Origin: Zestosphaera sp.
Lineage (GTDB): Archaea; Thermoproteota; Thermoprotei_A; Sulfolobales; NBVN01
Reading direction: 5' to 3'
Assembly (NCBI GenBank): GCA_038843015.1
Contig: JAWBSH010000003.1
Location: 3,634-67,633, forward strand
DNA length: 64,000 bases
The notes beneath the pieces are model-generated. The model was not told the DNA's origin. It saw nothing but the letters and a program-made list of their open reading frames with translations, and did no database searches. Of the stretch, positions 9,674 through 20,599 are shown one piece after another. A program made the translations under genes and the position numbers. Numbering within the stretch: the stretch's first letter is position 1; every line of letters starts with the position of its first letter.

Positions 9674-10915
9674 TTGGAACTTGTTAGGTTCCCAACAATA
9701 GATGATGTTGTCTTGAGTAAGAAGAGAGTTCTCGTCCGAGTTGATTTTAACTCGCCCATTGACAAAGATGGCAAGATAATAGATGACTCCAGGATAAAGG
9801 CACATCGACAAACTCTCTTGACTTTAATCGATCGCGGAGCAGCTGTGGTAGTAATTACTCATCAGGGCAGACCAGGCGATGACGACTTCATAACTTTAGA
9901 GCCGCACGCACAGAAACTTGAGGAAGTTCTCGGTGCTAAGGTGAAGTTTGTTAGTGATGTTATAGGTCCTGCGGCTACTGAAGCCATACGAAACTTAAGT
10001 GAGGGTGAGGTCCTGCTACTCGATAACGTTAGGTTAGTTTCGGAAGAGTTGATTGAAGCAGAACCTGAGAAGCATGCTAAGACATACTTAGTTAGAAAAC
10101 TTTCACCTTTATTTGATTACTTCGTATTCGACGCTTTCGCAACAGCACACAGGTCTCAACCCTCTATAGTAGGGTTTCCAGTGGTTCTTCCCACACTAGT
10201 TGGTTACGTCATGAAGAGCGAGCTTGAAGCATTGAGTAAATCGATACTCAGTAGCGAGTCCCCGAGACTCTTTGTTTTAGGCGGTGCTAAGGTCAGAGAC
10301 ACAATAAAAGTAATAGAATTCTTAACGAGGAAGAGAGTCGCCGACAGAATACTCACTACAGGTCTCGTGGGCTTAACTTTCCACGTAGCTAAGGGTGGCA
10401 GATCAGGCAAGTCGCTCTTGAAGTTCCTTGAAGAGAAGGGCCTCACAACCTTAATACCTTTAGCTCGAAGAGTAATTCTTTCTGGAGCCCCTGTAGACAC
10501 ACCCTACGACGTTAAGGTAATCAAAGAGGACGGGAGTATCGCTGAAGAACCTATAAACACTGCCGACGGAGTACCAGTAGACATAGGGTCTTACACTTCC
10601 TTGATGTTCTCAGAAATGATTAGGGAGGCTTCTATAGTAGTGTTGAGGGGGCCAGCCGGATATGTTGAAGACCCTAGATTTAGGTCTGGTACCCTAGACA
10701 TACTAAAGGCTGCTCTCGAAAGCAACGCTTACGTAATAATTGGTGGTGGTCACCTAGGCTCTATGCTTAGCGAGGTAGGTGTAAGGAGAGAGAAAAGACT
10801 TCACGTATCTACGGGCGGTGGTGCTCTCCTCATAGCACTTTCCGGAGAAACGCTCCCAGCCCTGAAGGCCTTAGAAATCTCGTACAAAAAATTTTTTGCT
10901 GGTGGTTCTTCATGA
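9674..10915 (+). CDS. pgk: Phosphoglycerate kinase
   Basis: RVDFNSP, ITHQGRPG and STGGGALL motifs. 413 aa. Overlaps gap by 4 nt (operon). Confidence 0.9.
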   Translation: MELVRFPTIDDVVLSKKRVLVRVDFNSPIDKDGKIIDDSRIKAHRQTLLTLIDRGAAVVVITHQGRPGDDDFITLEPHAQKLEEVLGAKVKFVSDVIGPAATEAIRNLSEGEVLLLDNVRLVSEELIEAEPEKHAKTYLVRKLSPLFDYFVFDAFATAHRSQPSIVGFPVVLPTLVGYVMKSELEALSKSILSSESPRLFVLGGAKVRDTIKVIEFLTRKRVADRILTTGLVGLTFHVAKGGRSGKSLLKFLEEKGLTTLIPLARRVILSGAPVDTPYDVKVIKEDGSIAEEPINTADGVPVDIGSYTSLMFSEMIREASIVVLRGPAGYVEDPRFRSGTLDILKAALESNAYVIIGGGHLGSMLSEVGVRREKRLHVSTGGGALLIALSGETLPALKALEISYKKFFAGGSS

Positions 10916-11934
10916 AAGTGAGAGTAGGAGTAAACGGATACGGAACTATAGGTAAGAGAGTTGCTTGGGCGATATCATTACAACCAGACATGGAGTTAGT
11001 AGGTGTCGTGAAAACGAAGCCTAATTGGGAGACTCTCTCAGCTGTCAAGAGAGGTCTGAGGATCTACACGTTGAAGGAGAACATACGTGAGTTTCACGCG
11101 CGGGGGATAGAAGTTCATGGTACTCTAGAAGACCTGCTTAACTCAGTTGACGTGATAGTTGACGCTACACCAGGTGATGTGGGGGCGACTTACAAGAAAA
11201 TCTATGAGAGCTTCGCACGTAAGGCAGTCTTTCAAGGCGGTGAAGAACCCGACGTAGCTGAGGTCAGTTTCAACGCCTTAGTAAATTATGGTGAAGCACT
11301 AGGCAAGAATTATGTGAGGGTAGTGTCATGCAATACTACTGGCTTACTGAGAGTAATATATGCAGTCTCAAAACTAAGTAAGATAAGGAGCGTAAGAGGC
11401 TTTATAGTCAGGAGAGCTGCTGACTTGAAAGAAATTAAGAAGGGTCCTGTTGAGGGTGTAGTTCTTGACCCTCCTAAGCCGCCCTCACACCATGCACTAG
11501 ACGTGAATACCGTGCTTAAAGACTTAGATATAGTCACGTACGCTGTGGTAGTGCCCACTACTTTAGCACATATACACACACTCCACTTCGTTCTTGAAAG
11601 GTCTGTTACCAGTGATGAGGTTCTTGACGCGTTATCTAACACTCCCCGCATACTGCTAGTTGATGGGGGGCTAATTAAGTCTACTGCCGAGTTAAGAGAG
11701 CTCGCTAGAGATTTAGGGAGACCACAGGGAGATATCTTTGAGAATGTTGTGTGGTCTGATAGTGTCCTCGTGAGAGGCGATGAAGTAATGTTAACGTACG
11801 CAGTGCATCAAGAAGCCATAGTAGTTCCAGAGAATATAGACGCTATACGTGCTGTAATGAGGCTTAAGGAGAAAGCTGAAGATTCCATTAAGATAACTGA
11901 TGAGAGCTTAGGTATCAAGAGGTGGTTGCAGTGA
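10912..11934 (+). CDS. gap: Glyceraldehyde-3-phosphate dehydrogenase, archaeal phosphorylating type
   Basis: VNGYGTIGKRVA Rossmann start. VSCNTTGL carries the catalytic Cys. 340 aa, typical of archaeal GAPDH. Confidence 0.9.
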   Translation: MKVRVGVNGYGTIGKRVAWAISLQPDMELVGVVKTKPNWETLSAVKRGLRIYTLKENIREFHARGIEVHGTLEDLLNSVDVIVDATPGDVGATYKKIYESFARKAVFQGGEEPDVAEVSFNALVNYGEALGKNYVRVVSCNTTGLLRVIYAVSKLSKIRSVRGFIVRRAADLKEIKKGPVEGVVLDPPKPPSHHALDVNTVLKDLDIVTYAVVVPTTLAHIHTLHFVLERSVTSDEVLDALSNTPRILLVDGGLIKSTAELRELARDLGRPQGDIFENVVWSDSVLVRGDEVMLTYAVHQEAIVVPENIDAIRAVMRLKEKAEDSIKITDESLGIKRWLQ

Positions 11935-12356
11935 GTTATTACCCTGAACCAACATATATAGTGAGTTACCTCTTTAGAAGAATACTAATACCTGTTGACG
12001 GGTCAGCAATGAGTTATAAAGCTCTTGAAGTAGGACTTGACTTCGCGTCTAGGTACGGCTCTAAGATAAAAGTGTTGGTAGTTGAAGACCCGTCAATCCC
12101 TGACGTCAATGAGGTTAAGAAGAGAGTTACTGAGATATCTAGCAAGAGAGGGATTAGTATTGAAGTCAAGGTAAAGAAGCCTAACTATCCAGACACTTCA
12201 GTAGCTACGGCCGTGGTAGAGGAACTGTTTGAAGAACACTATGACCTGGTTATATTGACTGCGCGTGGCCGGACTCTCAACCCAGACTTAGTTATGGGTT
12301 CGATAGCCTTGTCAGTAATCATAAACTCAAATACGTCAATCTTCTTAATAAGGTAA
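11922..12356 (+). CDS. Universal stress protein family protein
   Basis: ILIPVDGSAMSYKALEVGLDFA...KVLVV pattern of the UspA fold. 144 aa. The exact start is uncertain. Confidence 0.6.
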   Translation: MVAVSYYPEPTYIVSYLFRRILIPVDGSAMSYKALEVGLDFASRYGSKIKVLVVEDPSIPDVNEVKKRVTEISSKRGISIEVKVKKPNYPDTSVATAVVEELFEEHYDLVILTARGRTLNPDLVMGSIALSVIINSNTSIFLIR

Positions 12357-12425
12357 GAAACAAAATTAAGGAAGAGTTTTTATTTTAATGTGTCTTAACT
12401 TGTATTGATTAGTGTGGTGATTTAG

Positions 12426-13679
12426 TTGAGTAGTGAGAATACTAGGAAGTACGTGTTTGACGAGATCCACGGCTACATAGTCTTAGACCCTCTAATGAGA
12501 GACTTAGTCGATACCCCACCCGTTCAGAGGTTGAGGAGAGTCAAGCAATTATCTCAAGCTTGGTACGTGTTTCCAGGCGCTGTTCACACCAGGTTTTCTC
12601 ACTCGCTAGGTGTTATGAAGCTAGCCGAGAAAATCACAGATAAACTCATAAATGACGGCATACTCAGCAAGGACGATAGGGACTTACTTAGGTGTGCAGC
12701 GTTACTCCACGACGTAGGTCACACACCCTATTCACATGCTCTCGAATATGTCTTCTACTCTAGTTACGGGATAAACCATGAAGAGTTGAGCTATATGATG
12801 ATTAATGAAGAGCCGCACATTAGGGAAGTTCTCTCTAATTACGGTCTTTCATCTAATGAGGTAGCTAAAATAGTTACGGGTACGCATGAAGAACCAGCAT
12901 TTAATAATCTCTTAAATGGCGACTTAGATGTTGACAGGCTTGATTACCTACCTAGAGACGCCCTACACACAGGCGTTAGGTATGGCTTAATAGATCTTGA
13001 GAGAATAATCCAGACAATAACTCTAGATGATGAGGGTTACGTAGCAGTACATCCTAAGGCAGTTCACGCAGTAGAGTCCTTTTACGTCTCAAGACTTCAT
13101 ATGTATAGGTCTGTCTATTATCACAAAACGATAACAGGGTATCAATTACTGCTAGCCGCTATATACGAGATGATCCTGGCTGAGAGAGAAGTTAAGAGTT
13201 TCTTAGAGCCCTTCACGTCTCTAGAAGGTATTAGGAAGTCGGTGAGAGAAGGGAGTATCTGTGCGTGGGACGACTTCTTAATAGGCGGTGTGCTGAACGT
13301 TGTGTTGGCCAAGAAGCTGGGTAGTGAGATACTCAGAGAACTTATTAAGTCTTACGTTAACAGGAGAGGTTATAAGACATTCTATAACCATATAAGCTTT
13401 AAGCTAGAACAAGGCATAACCCCCTCAGAGATGGATAAGCTAAACAGAATTAGTAAGGCACTCTTAGCTAGAGGAGTCAACGCCTACACCTTCAGGACTT
13501 ACACAGAGTCTGTTCCCATAATTTCTAGTGAGAAGGAAGTTAGAGTACTAAGTAACGCTAAGTCTGTCAAGATATCTGAGCTAGAAGATTCTATAATTAA
13601 GAGTCTTCCTAGATATATGGAGATCGTTAGAATCTATGCTCTACCCGCGCTCGAGGAAGTAATTAAAGACCTTATCTAG
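12426..13679 (+). CDS. HD-domain phosphohydrolase (COG1078/SAMHD1-like)
   Basis: FDEIHGYIVL, QRLRRVKQL, RFSHSLGV, LLHDVGHTPYSH and DVDRLDYLPRD motifs. Confidence 0.8.
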   Translation: MSSENTRKYVFDEIHGYIVLDPLMRDLVDTPPVQRLRRVKQLSQAWYVFPGAVHTRFSHSLGVMKLAEKITDKLINDGILSKDDRDLLRCAALLHDVGHTPYSHALEYVFYSSYGINHEELSYMMINEEPHIREVLSNYGLSSNEVAKIVTGTHEEPAFNNLLNGDLDVDRLDYLPRDALHTGVRYGLIDLERIIQTITLDDEGYVAVHPKAVHAVESFYVSRLHMYRSVYYHKTITGYQLLLAAIYEMILAEREVKSFLEPFTSLEGIRKSVREGSICAWDDFLIGGVLNVVLAKKLGSEILRELIKSYVNRRGYKTFYNHISFKLEQGITPSEMDKLNRISKALLARGVNAYTFRTYTESVPIISSEKEVRVLSNAKSVKISELEDSIIKSLPRYMEIVRIYALPALEEVIKDLI

Positions 13680-13734
13680 GTGAAACTAGATAAATCGCTT
13701 AAAGAGAACACTTAAATTCTTGTTGTTTAAGAGT

Positions 13735-14190
13735 TCAGCTAACTTCTTTACGCATTAAGTAAGCGTCTGAGTCGGGGTAGTAGTTGGGTAGCCTCTCAAT
13801 TATCTTGTAGCCTAGCTTCCTGTAGAGGTTTAAAGCTCTCTCGTTTTTTACAGAGACTTCAAGCTCTAGGCACTTAATCTTAAGTTCTGAACATCTCTCC
13901 TCAAAAGACGTCAGCAACTTTTTGCCTAACCCTACCCCGCGTGATTCAGGGTCTACAGCTATAGAAGCTATGTGGCAACAATTACTAGTTGTTACGAACC
14001 CGGTTATGTAACCTTTAACGAGTCCGCCACACTCAATAACTAAGAACAGTTCTGGATGGAGAAACAGTGCCGAAATAAACACTGTAATGGGGTACGGGTA
14101 TTCAAAAGATCTTCTTTCTATCTTAACTATTTTTTCCATATCTCTCAGGGAAGCATTCCTCACTATACACTCACTTACTTCATAGACCAT
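13735..14190 (-). CDS. GNAT N-acetyltransferase (RimI-like)
   Basis: IAVDPESRGVGLGKKLL acetyl-CoA binding motif. 151 aa. Confidence 0.75.
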   Translation of the reverse strand: MVYEVSECIVRNASLRDMEKIVKIERRSFEYPYPITVFISALFLHPELFLVIECGGLVKGYITGFVTTSNCCHIASIAVDPESRGVGLGKKLLTSFEERCSELKIKCLELEVSVKNERALNLYRKLGYKIIERLPNYYPDSDAYLMRKEVS

Positions 14191-15185
14191 AACTTCATTA
14201 CCTCATCTTCCACGTAAGGGTCGTAGACATACTCTCTTGAACTTCCTCTAAGTACTTCTAAGAGAGGTCCTTCATGATTTCTGGGAAGCACCTCACCAAT
14301 CACCGATGCTTCTATACTATTTTTCTTGAGTAAGTCTACAGCCTCTTCGACCCGCTCTCTCGGTACAGAAGCTAGTAAAGCGCCTGATGAGAGTATTTTC
14401 AGTGGGTCTAGACCTAAAGCCTTAGTAATTTCTATCGTTACTTCATGAATAGGTATTTTATCAGCATACACTCTTATGAGCTTTCCTGACGCGTAAGCCA
14501 TTTCAGCAAGACCTCCTAACAATCCTCCTTCTGTTGGGTCATGCATGCCGCTCACTAAGCCTTCCCTGCTCAATAGGGTTGCTTCTTCTACGACGCTAAT
14601 TAAGTTTATCATTTCCTCACCTTTGTTTAAGGTCTCTTCACTGACTCCTCTAGTTACGAGCGTCTCTCTAAAATCAGATGATAGCACGGCAGTTCCTTCG
14701 ATACCTGCATACTTACTCACAATGATTAGGTCTCCTTCTTTGATGTTCCTGACATCTACTAAGTTACTTAGTTTGAGTATGCCGAAAGCCGTAGTTATAG
14801 CTACAGGTCTCTTAACACTATCAGTAAACTCTGTGTGACCTCCCACCATTAAGGCCCCGTATCTGTCTAGCGTTCTCTTCATAGAATCTGTTATTGTGTT
14901 CACTAAGTCTTCGCTTGACCCTTCAGGAAGTAAGATGACTGACGTGAAGAACTTTGGGTAAGCACCTATCATCGCGACGTCGTTAGCTGGTATAACTATA
15001 GAGAGAGTTCCGAGATGCTTGACTGCTCCTGAGATCGGGTCTGGATGCACACCTATAAGAACTTCGTCACAAGCCTTAACTGCTGCTGCGTCTATCCCGA
15101 TGTCTGCTTGAAGAACTATTGAAGGGTCGTGAGTCTTAAATTTATCTAACACATGTTTCTTTAGGCTCTCAGGCTTGAGCTTCAT
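14175..15185 (-). CDS. AIR synthase-related (PurM/HypE/ThiL superfamily) protein
   Basis: N-terminal DAA..., GGHTEF and two-domain PurM-like organisation. It lacks a C-terminal Cys motif, so I do not call it HypE. Confidence 0.55.
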   Translation of the reverse strand: MKLKPESLKKHVLDKFKTHDPSIVLQADIGIDAAAVKACDEVLIGVHPDPISGAVKHLGTLSIVIPANDVAMIGAYPKFFTSVILLPEGSSEDLVNTITDSMKRTLDRYGALMVGGHTEFTDSVKRPVAITTAFGILKLSNLVDVRNIKEGDLIIVSKYAGIEGTAVLSSDFRETLVTRGVSEETLNKGEEMINLISVVEEATLLSREGLVSGMHDPTEGGLLGGLAEMAYASGKLIRVYADKIPIHEVTIEITKALGLDPLKILSSGALLASVPRERVEEAVDLLKKNSIEASVIGEVLPRNHEGPLLEVLRGSSREYVYDPYVEDEVMKLWSMK

Positions 15186-15255
15186 CTAATTCCCTTTTAA
15201 TGAATTCTTAAGTAATAAATAATATGCTATTCAATGAGTGTATTAAGGGGTTTAC

Positions 15256-15990
15256 TTGGTTGAGGTAGTGTTTCTTGGGGTGGGTGGCTGGTTATCGAAT
15301 CCCTCATACGGTCAGTCAGGCATTCTAGTGTCAGGCTCTAGCAGAACTGTCTTACTAGACGTTGGTGAAGGAACTTTAGAGAAACTACATAAGTGTGTCA
15401 AGATGGATGTGAACGACCTTGACTACATTATCTTAACTCACTCACACGGGGATCATGTGTTGGGACTACCTACTATAGCACAACATTTAAGACGCTCAGT
15501 AAGAGTTGTTGGACTGAGAGAGACGCTAGAAGACTTGAGGAAGATTTTCGAGGCTCTGCATGTGGAGAACAAGCTCCAGCAACTAATTTTTGTTGAGATC
15601 CCGTCTGAAGGTCGCAAAGAGTTAGAGAGTGGAGTTAGACTCGAGTGGGTTAGAGCTAAGCACGTAATACCTTCTGTTTCTGTAGTGTTAGAGATAGATG
15701 GTGTTAAGATAGCTTACAGTGGTGATACTTCCTATAACCCTGAGTTCTTAAGTATAGCTAAACACGCGGAATTACTAATTCATGAGTTCTCGGTTCCTCG
15801 AGAGATGCAGGACATAACAGACGTTTTAGGTCATACCGCAGTCACAGATTTTGAGCGTGTGGTGAGGTCATCCAGGCCTAAGCGCGTGGCCCCAATACAT
15901 TATTACCTAGAAGCTCCCAGACTAGATTTAAGGTGTGTAGAGGACGTAGAGTTAGTTATCCCGGCGCCATGCTCTAGATTAAGTTTTTAA
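15256..15990 (+). CDS. Metallo-beta-lactamase fold hydrolase (RNase Z-like)
   Basis: LTHSHGDHVLG (HxHxDH) motif and a downstream His. 244 aa. Confidence 0.7.
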   Translation: MVEVVFLGVGGWLSNPSYGQSGILVSGSSRTVLLDVGEGTLEKLHKCVKMDVNDLDYIILTHSHGDHVLGLPTIAQHLRRSVRVVGLRETLEDLRKIFEALHVENKLQQLIFVEIPSEGRKELESGVRLEWVRAKHVIPSVSVVLEIDGVKIAYSGDTSYNPEFLSIAKHAELLIHEFSVPREMQDITDVLGHTAVTDFERVVRSSRPKRVAPIHYYLEAPRLDLRCVEDVELVIPAPCSRLSF

Positions 15991-16091
15991 CAGTTGTTGT
16001 GAAGTTTAAGCAGGTATGGATTAATACGTATTTGTCAAAACATTATTAAACTTTTTAAGTATTGTAGTAGCTATTAATTTAGGGTGAGCCA

Positions 16092-17174
16092 ATGCCGGAA
16101 GTAAGAAGAATTCAAAGATTTGGTAAGTCAACTCTAATGGTTTCATTACCGGCAAGCTGGGTTAAATCAATGAAATTACTGCCTGGTGATAGTGTTTCGA
16201 TAGACTTGATGGAGGACGGGTCGTTAAGAATAGTACCCCTCTATATGTCTCAAAAAAGAGAAGAGAAGTTATTACAGATAAAAGTGAGCAAGAATTCTTC
16301 TGAAGTCTTGCTTGCTAGAAGTGTTGTCGCCGGATATCTTCTCGGCGCTGACGTCATAATTGTGGAAGCTATGGACGGGGTACTCTCAGAAACACACTTG
16401 AAAACGGTGAGAGACGTGGTTAGAGAGCTTTTAGGTGCTGAAATACTTGAGCACACCCCGAGTAAAGTCTCAATACAGATCTTGATAGACGCGAGTAAGT
16501 ACTCGGCACTCAACCTACTTAACAGACTACTTAACCGTGTTAAGTTCATGATACAACATCTGCAGATAGCAGTAATAGATAATAAGCCATACCTACTTCA
16601 CGAGATAGAGGAAATAGAGAGAGAAGTTGACAGGCTTCACGCCCTAGCTATTAGGCAATTCCTCCAGGCACAGAACGACAGGTCTCTCAGCAAGTACTTG
16701 GGGATTAAGACGTCTCTGATACCAGAGTACAGAGGGATAGTTAAAGGACTTGAGGAAGTTGCTGACGCGCTGAGTTCGGCGGCACAAGTACTTAAAGAAT
16801 TGGATGAGCTGGGTCAGCTAGCCTTATTTAATTACGAATCAAACATTCTTAGAGAGAGTCTTGACTACCTTCTCATGACTGTTGAGAGGATAGATAAAGT
16901 ATTTAAAACTCTAGACCTCTACGTAGCTAATGAAGTCATTAATATGGTTACCGAGTACTACACTCTGATAAGAAAATACGATGAGCTTTTCTTCAGATCG
17001 CTTAAACAAGAAGAGCCGAACAAGTTATTCGATAAGAGCTATGTTCTAGTTAGAGAATTTATCGATAGGTTGGTAGAGGCGGGCAGGTCTCTAGAGTCTG
17101 TTTCTGAAGCGCTCTTTGACATATCTATAGAGAAAGCTGGGGCTACCCTAGACATATGTAAAGTCTTCATATAA
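16092..17174 (+). CDS. AbrB/SpoVT-domain plus PhoU-like-domain regulator
   Basis: N-terminal swapped-hairpin motif [35 protein letters not shown], followed by long helical PhoU-like repeats. Confidence 0.65.
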   Translation: MPEVRRIQRFGKSTLMVSLPASWVKSMKLLPGDSVSIDLMEDGSLRIVPLYMSQKREEKLLQIKVSKNSSEVLLARSVVAGYLLGADVIIVEAMDGVLSETHLKTVRDVVRELLGAEILEHTPSKVSIQILIDASKYSALNLLNRLLNRVKFMIQHLQIAVIDNKPYLLHEIEEIEREVDRLHALAIRQFLQAQNDRSLSKYLGIKTSLIPEYRGIVKGLEEVADALSSAAQVLKELDELGQLALFNYESNILRESLDYLLMTVERIDKVFKTLDLYVANEVINMVTEYYTLIRKYDELFFRSLKQEEPNKLFDKSYVLVREFIDRLVEAGRSLESVSEALFDISIEKAGATLDICKVFI

Positions 17175-17238
17175 TAGTGTAGATAGTAGAGGAGTCTTTT
17201 TAAGAAAAGATAGTTTTGAGTCTTTATGTGGGGAGCAA

Positions 17239-18180
17239 TTGGTTAAATTTGACGTAGCCGAAGCCACGAAAGAAGTTCTCGAAGGTGATGTTTGGCAAGC
17301 TCTAGAAGCGTTTCTGACAGAGCTTGAGGCGGCAGGAGCTTCACAAAAAACCGTTCGTGCTTATAAGTACGGAATCAAGGACTTCCTTAAATTCGCGAAC
17401 AAGCACTACGTGAAAGAACTGAGTATTGATGACTACAATAGGTGGAGGCTGGAGAGGTTGAGGAGAGGTTTCCCGGAAGGCTCTAACGATAAGAGGAGAA
17501 CTCAAGCTACTCTTCATTACTACTCACTCTATGTGAGGTCCTTCATTAAATGGTTAGGTATAGCTGATAAGATACCTGCGGTCGCTAGACCTAGGGGGAG
17601 AAAGAACATAGCGACTCTCAAAGTAGAAGACGTGAAGAAAATGTTTGAAACCGCGAGAGACATTCTCGACAAAACTATAGTAGCGTTACTTTTTGAGACT
17701 GGTCTTAGAGCTCAAGAACTGCTATCGTTGAGTGTAGAGGATGTTAATCTTGAGTCACGCGAAATAATAGTTAGAAATGCTAAATTTGGTGATGAGAGAG
17801 TAGTTTTCTTTGGTCCCTTAAGCTATGAGACTCTGAAGATTTACATATACCTAAACAATAAGAAGGGGGGAAGACTCTTCGACTTAACCTACAGTGGCTT
17901 ATATAAGAGACTAAAGACCCTCGCTTCGAGAGCTGGAATAGACCCTAGCAGGGTAAGACCACACGTACTAAGGCATACGTTCGCTACTGAAGCTTTGAAG
18001 AGGGGCATGGACTTAATAGCTTTGCAGAATATCTTAGGACACAAAGATATAAAAACAACACAAATATACGTTCACTTACTCAAGGAAGACATAAGAAAAT
18101 CCTATGAGAACGCCTTCTACCACGAATTAAAGTCCTGGAAGGCGAGCCACGAACTAAACCTAAGTAACATAGTCTCATAA
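17239..18180 (+). CDS. xerA: Tyrosine recombinase XerA-like
   Basis: C-terminal catalytic pattern [11 protein letters not shown]...[14 protein letters not shown]-terminal SAM-like core-binding domain ([16 protein letters not shown]). Confidence 0.8.
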   Translation: MVKFDVAEATKEVLEGDVWQALEAFLTELEAAGASQKTVRAYKYGIKDFLKFANKHYVKELSIDDYNRWRLERLRRGFPEGSNDKRRTQATLHYYSLYVRSFIKWLGIADKIPAVARPRGRKNIATLKVEDVKKMFETARDILDKTIVALLFETGLRAQELLSLSVEDVNLESREIIVRNAKFGDERVVFFGPLSYETLKIYIYLNNKKGGRLFDLTYSGLYKRLKTLASRAGIDPSRVRPHVLRHTFATEALKRGMDLIALQNILGHKDIKTTQIYVHLLKEDIRKSYENAFYHELKSWKASHELNLSNIVS

Positions 18181-18332
18181 ACAACAAGTCTTAAGAACTA
18201 GTACCTCCTGCCTTAAAATGAGGTCCCTACTAAGAGGTTTGAAGCTACTTACTAACCTCTATACGTAGAGAGTAATTAGTGTAGCTCACGTAAGCCGTGT
18301 TTTGAGTACTTTTTATTAAAGAGCTCGCATGC

Positions 18333-19607
18333 TTACGTTCTAATCATGTCTAGGATTTTCGGAAGTATCTCCCACCCATGGCTTAGAACGCCTATGGAGC
18401 CGAGTTCGTAGCATGTCTTTTCTTCTAGTCTCAAGACTTCGTCAGGTTTTATCCTACCCCCTACTAGTAGTAGGGGTACAGGGTCGTCTGTATGCGCTCT
18501 TATTGAAGGAGGTGTCGCATGATCTGCTGTCACTAGTATCGCAACTTCTCTTAAATCAATACTGTCTATTAATTCCTTAACGTAGAACTTATCTATGTCT
18601 TCTATTGACTTTATCTTGCCGTGTAAGTCGCCATCATGTCCTGGCTCGTCAGGTCCTTTTAGATGGACATACACCACGTCTACTTCCTTAAGTAATTTCA
18701 GCGTAGCACTTAACCTAATAGAGTAGTCTGAGGCTTTATCTTCTGTAGGGGGCGGCATCTCTGCAGCACGCATCCCCAAGAGTCTAGCTATGCCATTCTC
18801 TACTGGCATTTCCGTTATAGAACCAAAAGAAGCGTTGAATAGCTTACTTATGGGAGTTAGTTTAGGTAATTTCGAGCCAGCATCTCTAACTAGTATGACG
18901 TTTGCTTTAAGTAATCCTCTTTCTTCTCTTGCTCTATTAATCGGGTGCTTATCAAGGATCTCAATAGACCTCAGAGTAAACTCATTAACTAAATCTGCAG
19001 TGACCTGAGCGCTTAGCGTAGGACTCAAAGGAGTTGACTTCTTTATGTATGGCTGAAAGCTCTTCTCAGCTACTGAGATAGCACCGACTTTCTTATAGGC
19101 AGGGTCAGTGTTGTCTACCTCATCACTTAACGGCATCACGTCACTGCCTATCACTACGACAGCTCTATGCCCTACTGTTGCTTTAACCTTAACATAGCCG
19201 CCGTGAGTGCTTAGCTTTAACCCATCTAGAGCTTCAGCTAACTCACGAGCTTCCTCGGTACTCAACGACCTACCAACTCTCCTATCTACGAGTTTCTTGC
19301 TGCTTGGATCGACTGTAGCGAAGTTAGCTCTGAAAGCTACTTCACGGCCCTCAACAAAAGAGACTCCGGCTCCTACAGCCTCGAGGGGGCCTCTGCCAGT
19401 ATAGCTTGTGTGTGGGTCGTAACCAAGAATACTCATTACTGCGGCATCAGATTCTGGAGCTACTCCCTTCCCAACAGTATATACGGCGCCGCACGCACCC
19501 GCTCTCGCTAGGAGGTCTAAGTAAGGCTTCTTAGCCATAGACAATGAAGTTGAAGTGTCTGAAAGCCTATCAGCCACACCATCTAAAACTAAATAAACGA
19601 GCTTCAT
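18333..19607 (-). CDS. apgM: 2,3-bisphosphoglycerate-independent phosphoglycerate mutase, archaeal type
   Basis: LVLDGVADR, HLKGPDEPGHDGD and TADHATP metal-binding motifs. 424 aa. Confidence 0.85.
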   Translation of the reverse strand: MKLVYLVLDGVADRLSDTSTSLSMAKKPYLDLLARAGACGAVYTVGKGVAPESDAAVMSILGYDPHTSYTGRGPLEAVGAGVSFVEGREVAFRANFATVDPSSKKLVDRRVGRSLSTEEARELAEALDGLKLSTHGGYVKVKATVGHRAVVVIGSDVMPLSDEVDNTDPAYKKVGAISVAEKSFQPYIKKSTPLSPTLSAQVTADLVNEFTLRSIEILDKHPINRAREERGLLKANVILVRDAGSKLPKLTPISKLFNASFGSITEMPVENGIARLLGMRAAEMPPPTEDKASDYSIRLSATLKLLKEVDVVYVHLKGPDEPGHDGDLHGKIKSIEDIDKFYVKELIDSIDLREVAILVTADHATPPSIRAHTDDPVPLLLVGGRIKPDEVLRLEEKTCYELGSIGVLSHGWEILPKILDMIRT

Positions 19608-19672
19608 CGTCGTGCACCAATTCCTAAATGTTAGGTAAAGAATAATAAGTTTAAGCGAGAGTTAAGGACGTT

Positions 19673-20431
19673 CTACAGCTTGTAGTCGTCTGGCTTAGTC
19701 TGTATCAACTTCTTCACGGTCTCTGCCCTCTTGCTACTCGTTTCTTTTCTAAGGTTCTCGACTTTATTAGCTATTCGTTCCAGCACGTTCTTCTCTTTCA
19801 GTATCTCGAGTATGTTTGGCTCATACCACTTCCATAACGAGTTATTATTTCTGAGGAGCTTAGCTACCTCAACCACGATTTTGCCCACGTTTGCTGAGTC
19901 CATTACCGCTTCCCTACTCTTTAAGGCGTCGTCCATTCCTTGATAGTAGGCTAGAGCCCAAGGAGGTATTAAGTAACCAAACGAGTTGAAGACACTCATT
20001 AGGTATGCTATAGTCATTACAGCTCCTGCCTCAGCGCCGACAGCTATGAATCCTGCTACCTTGCCCTCAACCCATGACTTACCGTCAACGAAGATCATGT
20101 TCTCAAATATTGTTAGTTTGTCTATTAAGTTCTTTAGATGTCCTGAGGGCCCGTACCAAAATACGGGAGTCGCTATTATTAGTGCGTCACTACCCAGCAC
20201 TTCTTTCATTAGAGCCCAACTATCGTCGTTGTTTATGCAGGGAGGTCTACAAGCGAGTTGCTCATCACTTAAGCACCCCTCACAAGGCTTTATGTCGTAG
20301 TCGTATATGTGAATAAGTTTCGTCTCAGCCCCGTAGATAGAGGCTGTCTCAAGAGCTACTTCCAGGAGCTTATACGTGTTTCCATACTTTCTCGGAGACG
20401 CGTTAAGACCTAACACCTTAACTGACTCCAT
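19673..20431 (-). CDS. NADPH-dependent FMN reductase / iron-sulfur flavoprotein-like protein
   Basis: Flavodoxin-like start VLGLNASPRKYGNT. Compact Cys cluster CEGC...C..PC. IIATPVFWYGPSG. Confidence 0.6.
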   Translation of the reverse strand: MESVKVLGLNASPRKYGNTYKLLEVALETASIYGAETKLIHIYDYDIKPCEGCLSDEQLACRPPCINNDDSWALMKEVLGSDALIIATPVFWYGPSGHLKNLIDKLTIFENMIFVDGKSWVEGKVAGFIAVGAEAGAVMTIAYLMSVFNSFGYLIPPWALAYYQGMDDALKSREAVMDSANVGKIVVEVAKLLRNNNSLWKWYEPNILEILKEKNVLERIANKVENLRKETSSKRAETVKKLIQTKPDDYKL

Positions 20432-20599
20432 GTGTTGCTCCCGAAGAAAATATGTATAATATATGAGGTAATTTAAGAGTTCTAAAGAATACAGAGCTTA
20501 TAAACCTTACCACATCATCCCCGCCCTAAAGAACGAGGCTTTCGGGATTGTAATAAGTGGCTTACTCATTAGGGTTTGTCTTCATTAAGAAACTATTAA

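Noticed and set aside
14175-15185. The AIR-synthase-related protein as the hydrogenase maturation factor HypE
   Set aside because: The C-terminus (…DEVMKLWSMK) lacks the terminal Cys-containing motif characteristic of HypE. The gene is also 29 kb from the hydrogenase cluster.
17239-18180. The tyrosine recombinase as the integrase of an integrated mobile element
   Set aside because: The domain layout and motifs match chromosomal XerA. I found no flanking direct repeats, no partial tRNA duplication, and no virus- or plasmid-like genes around it.
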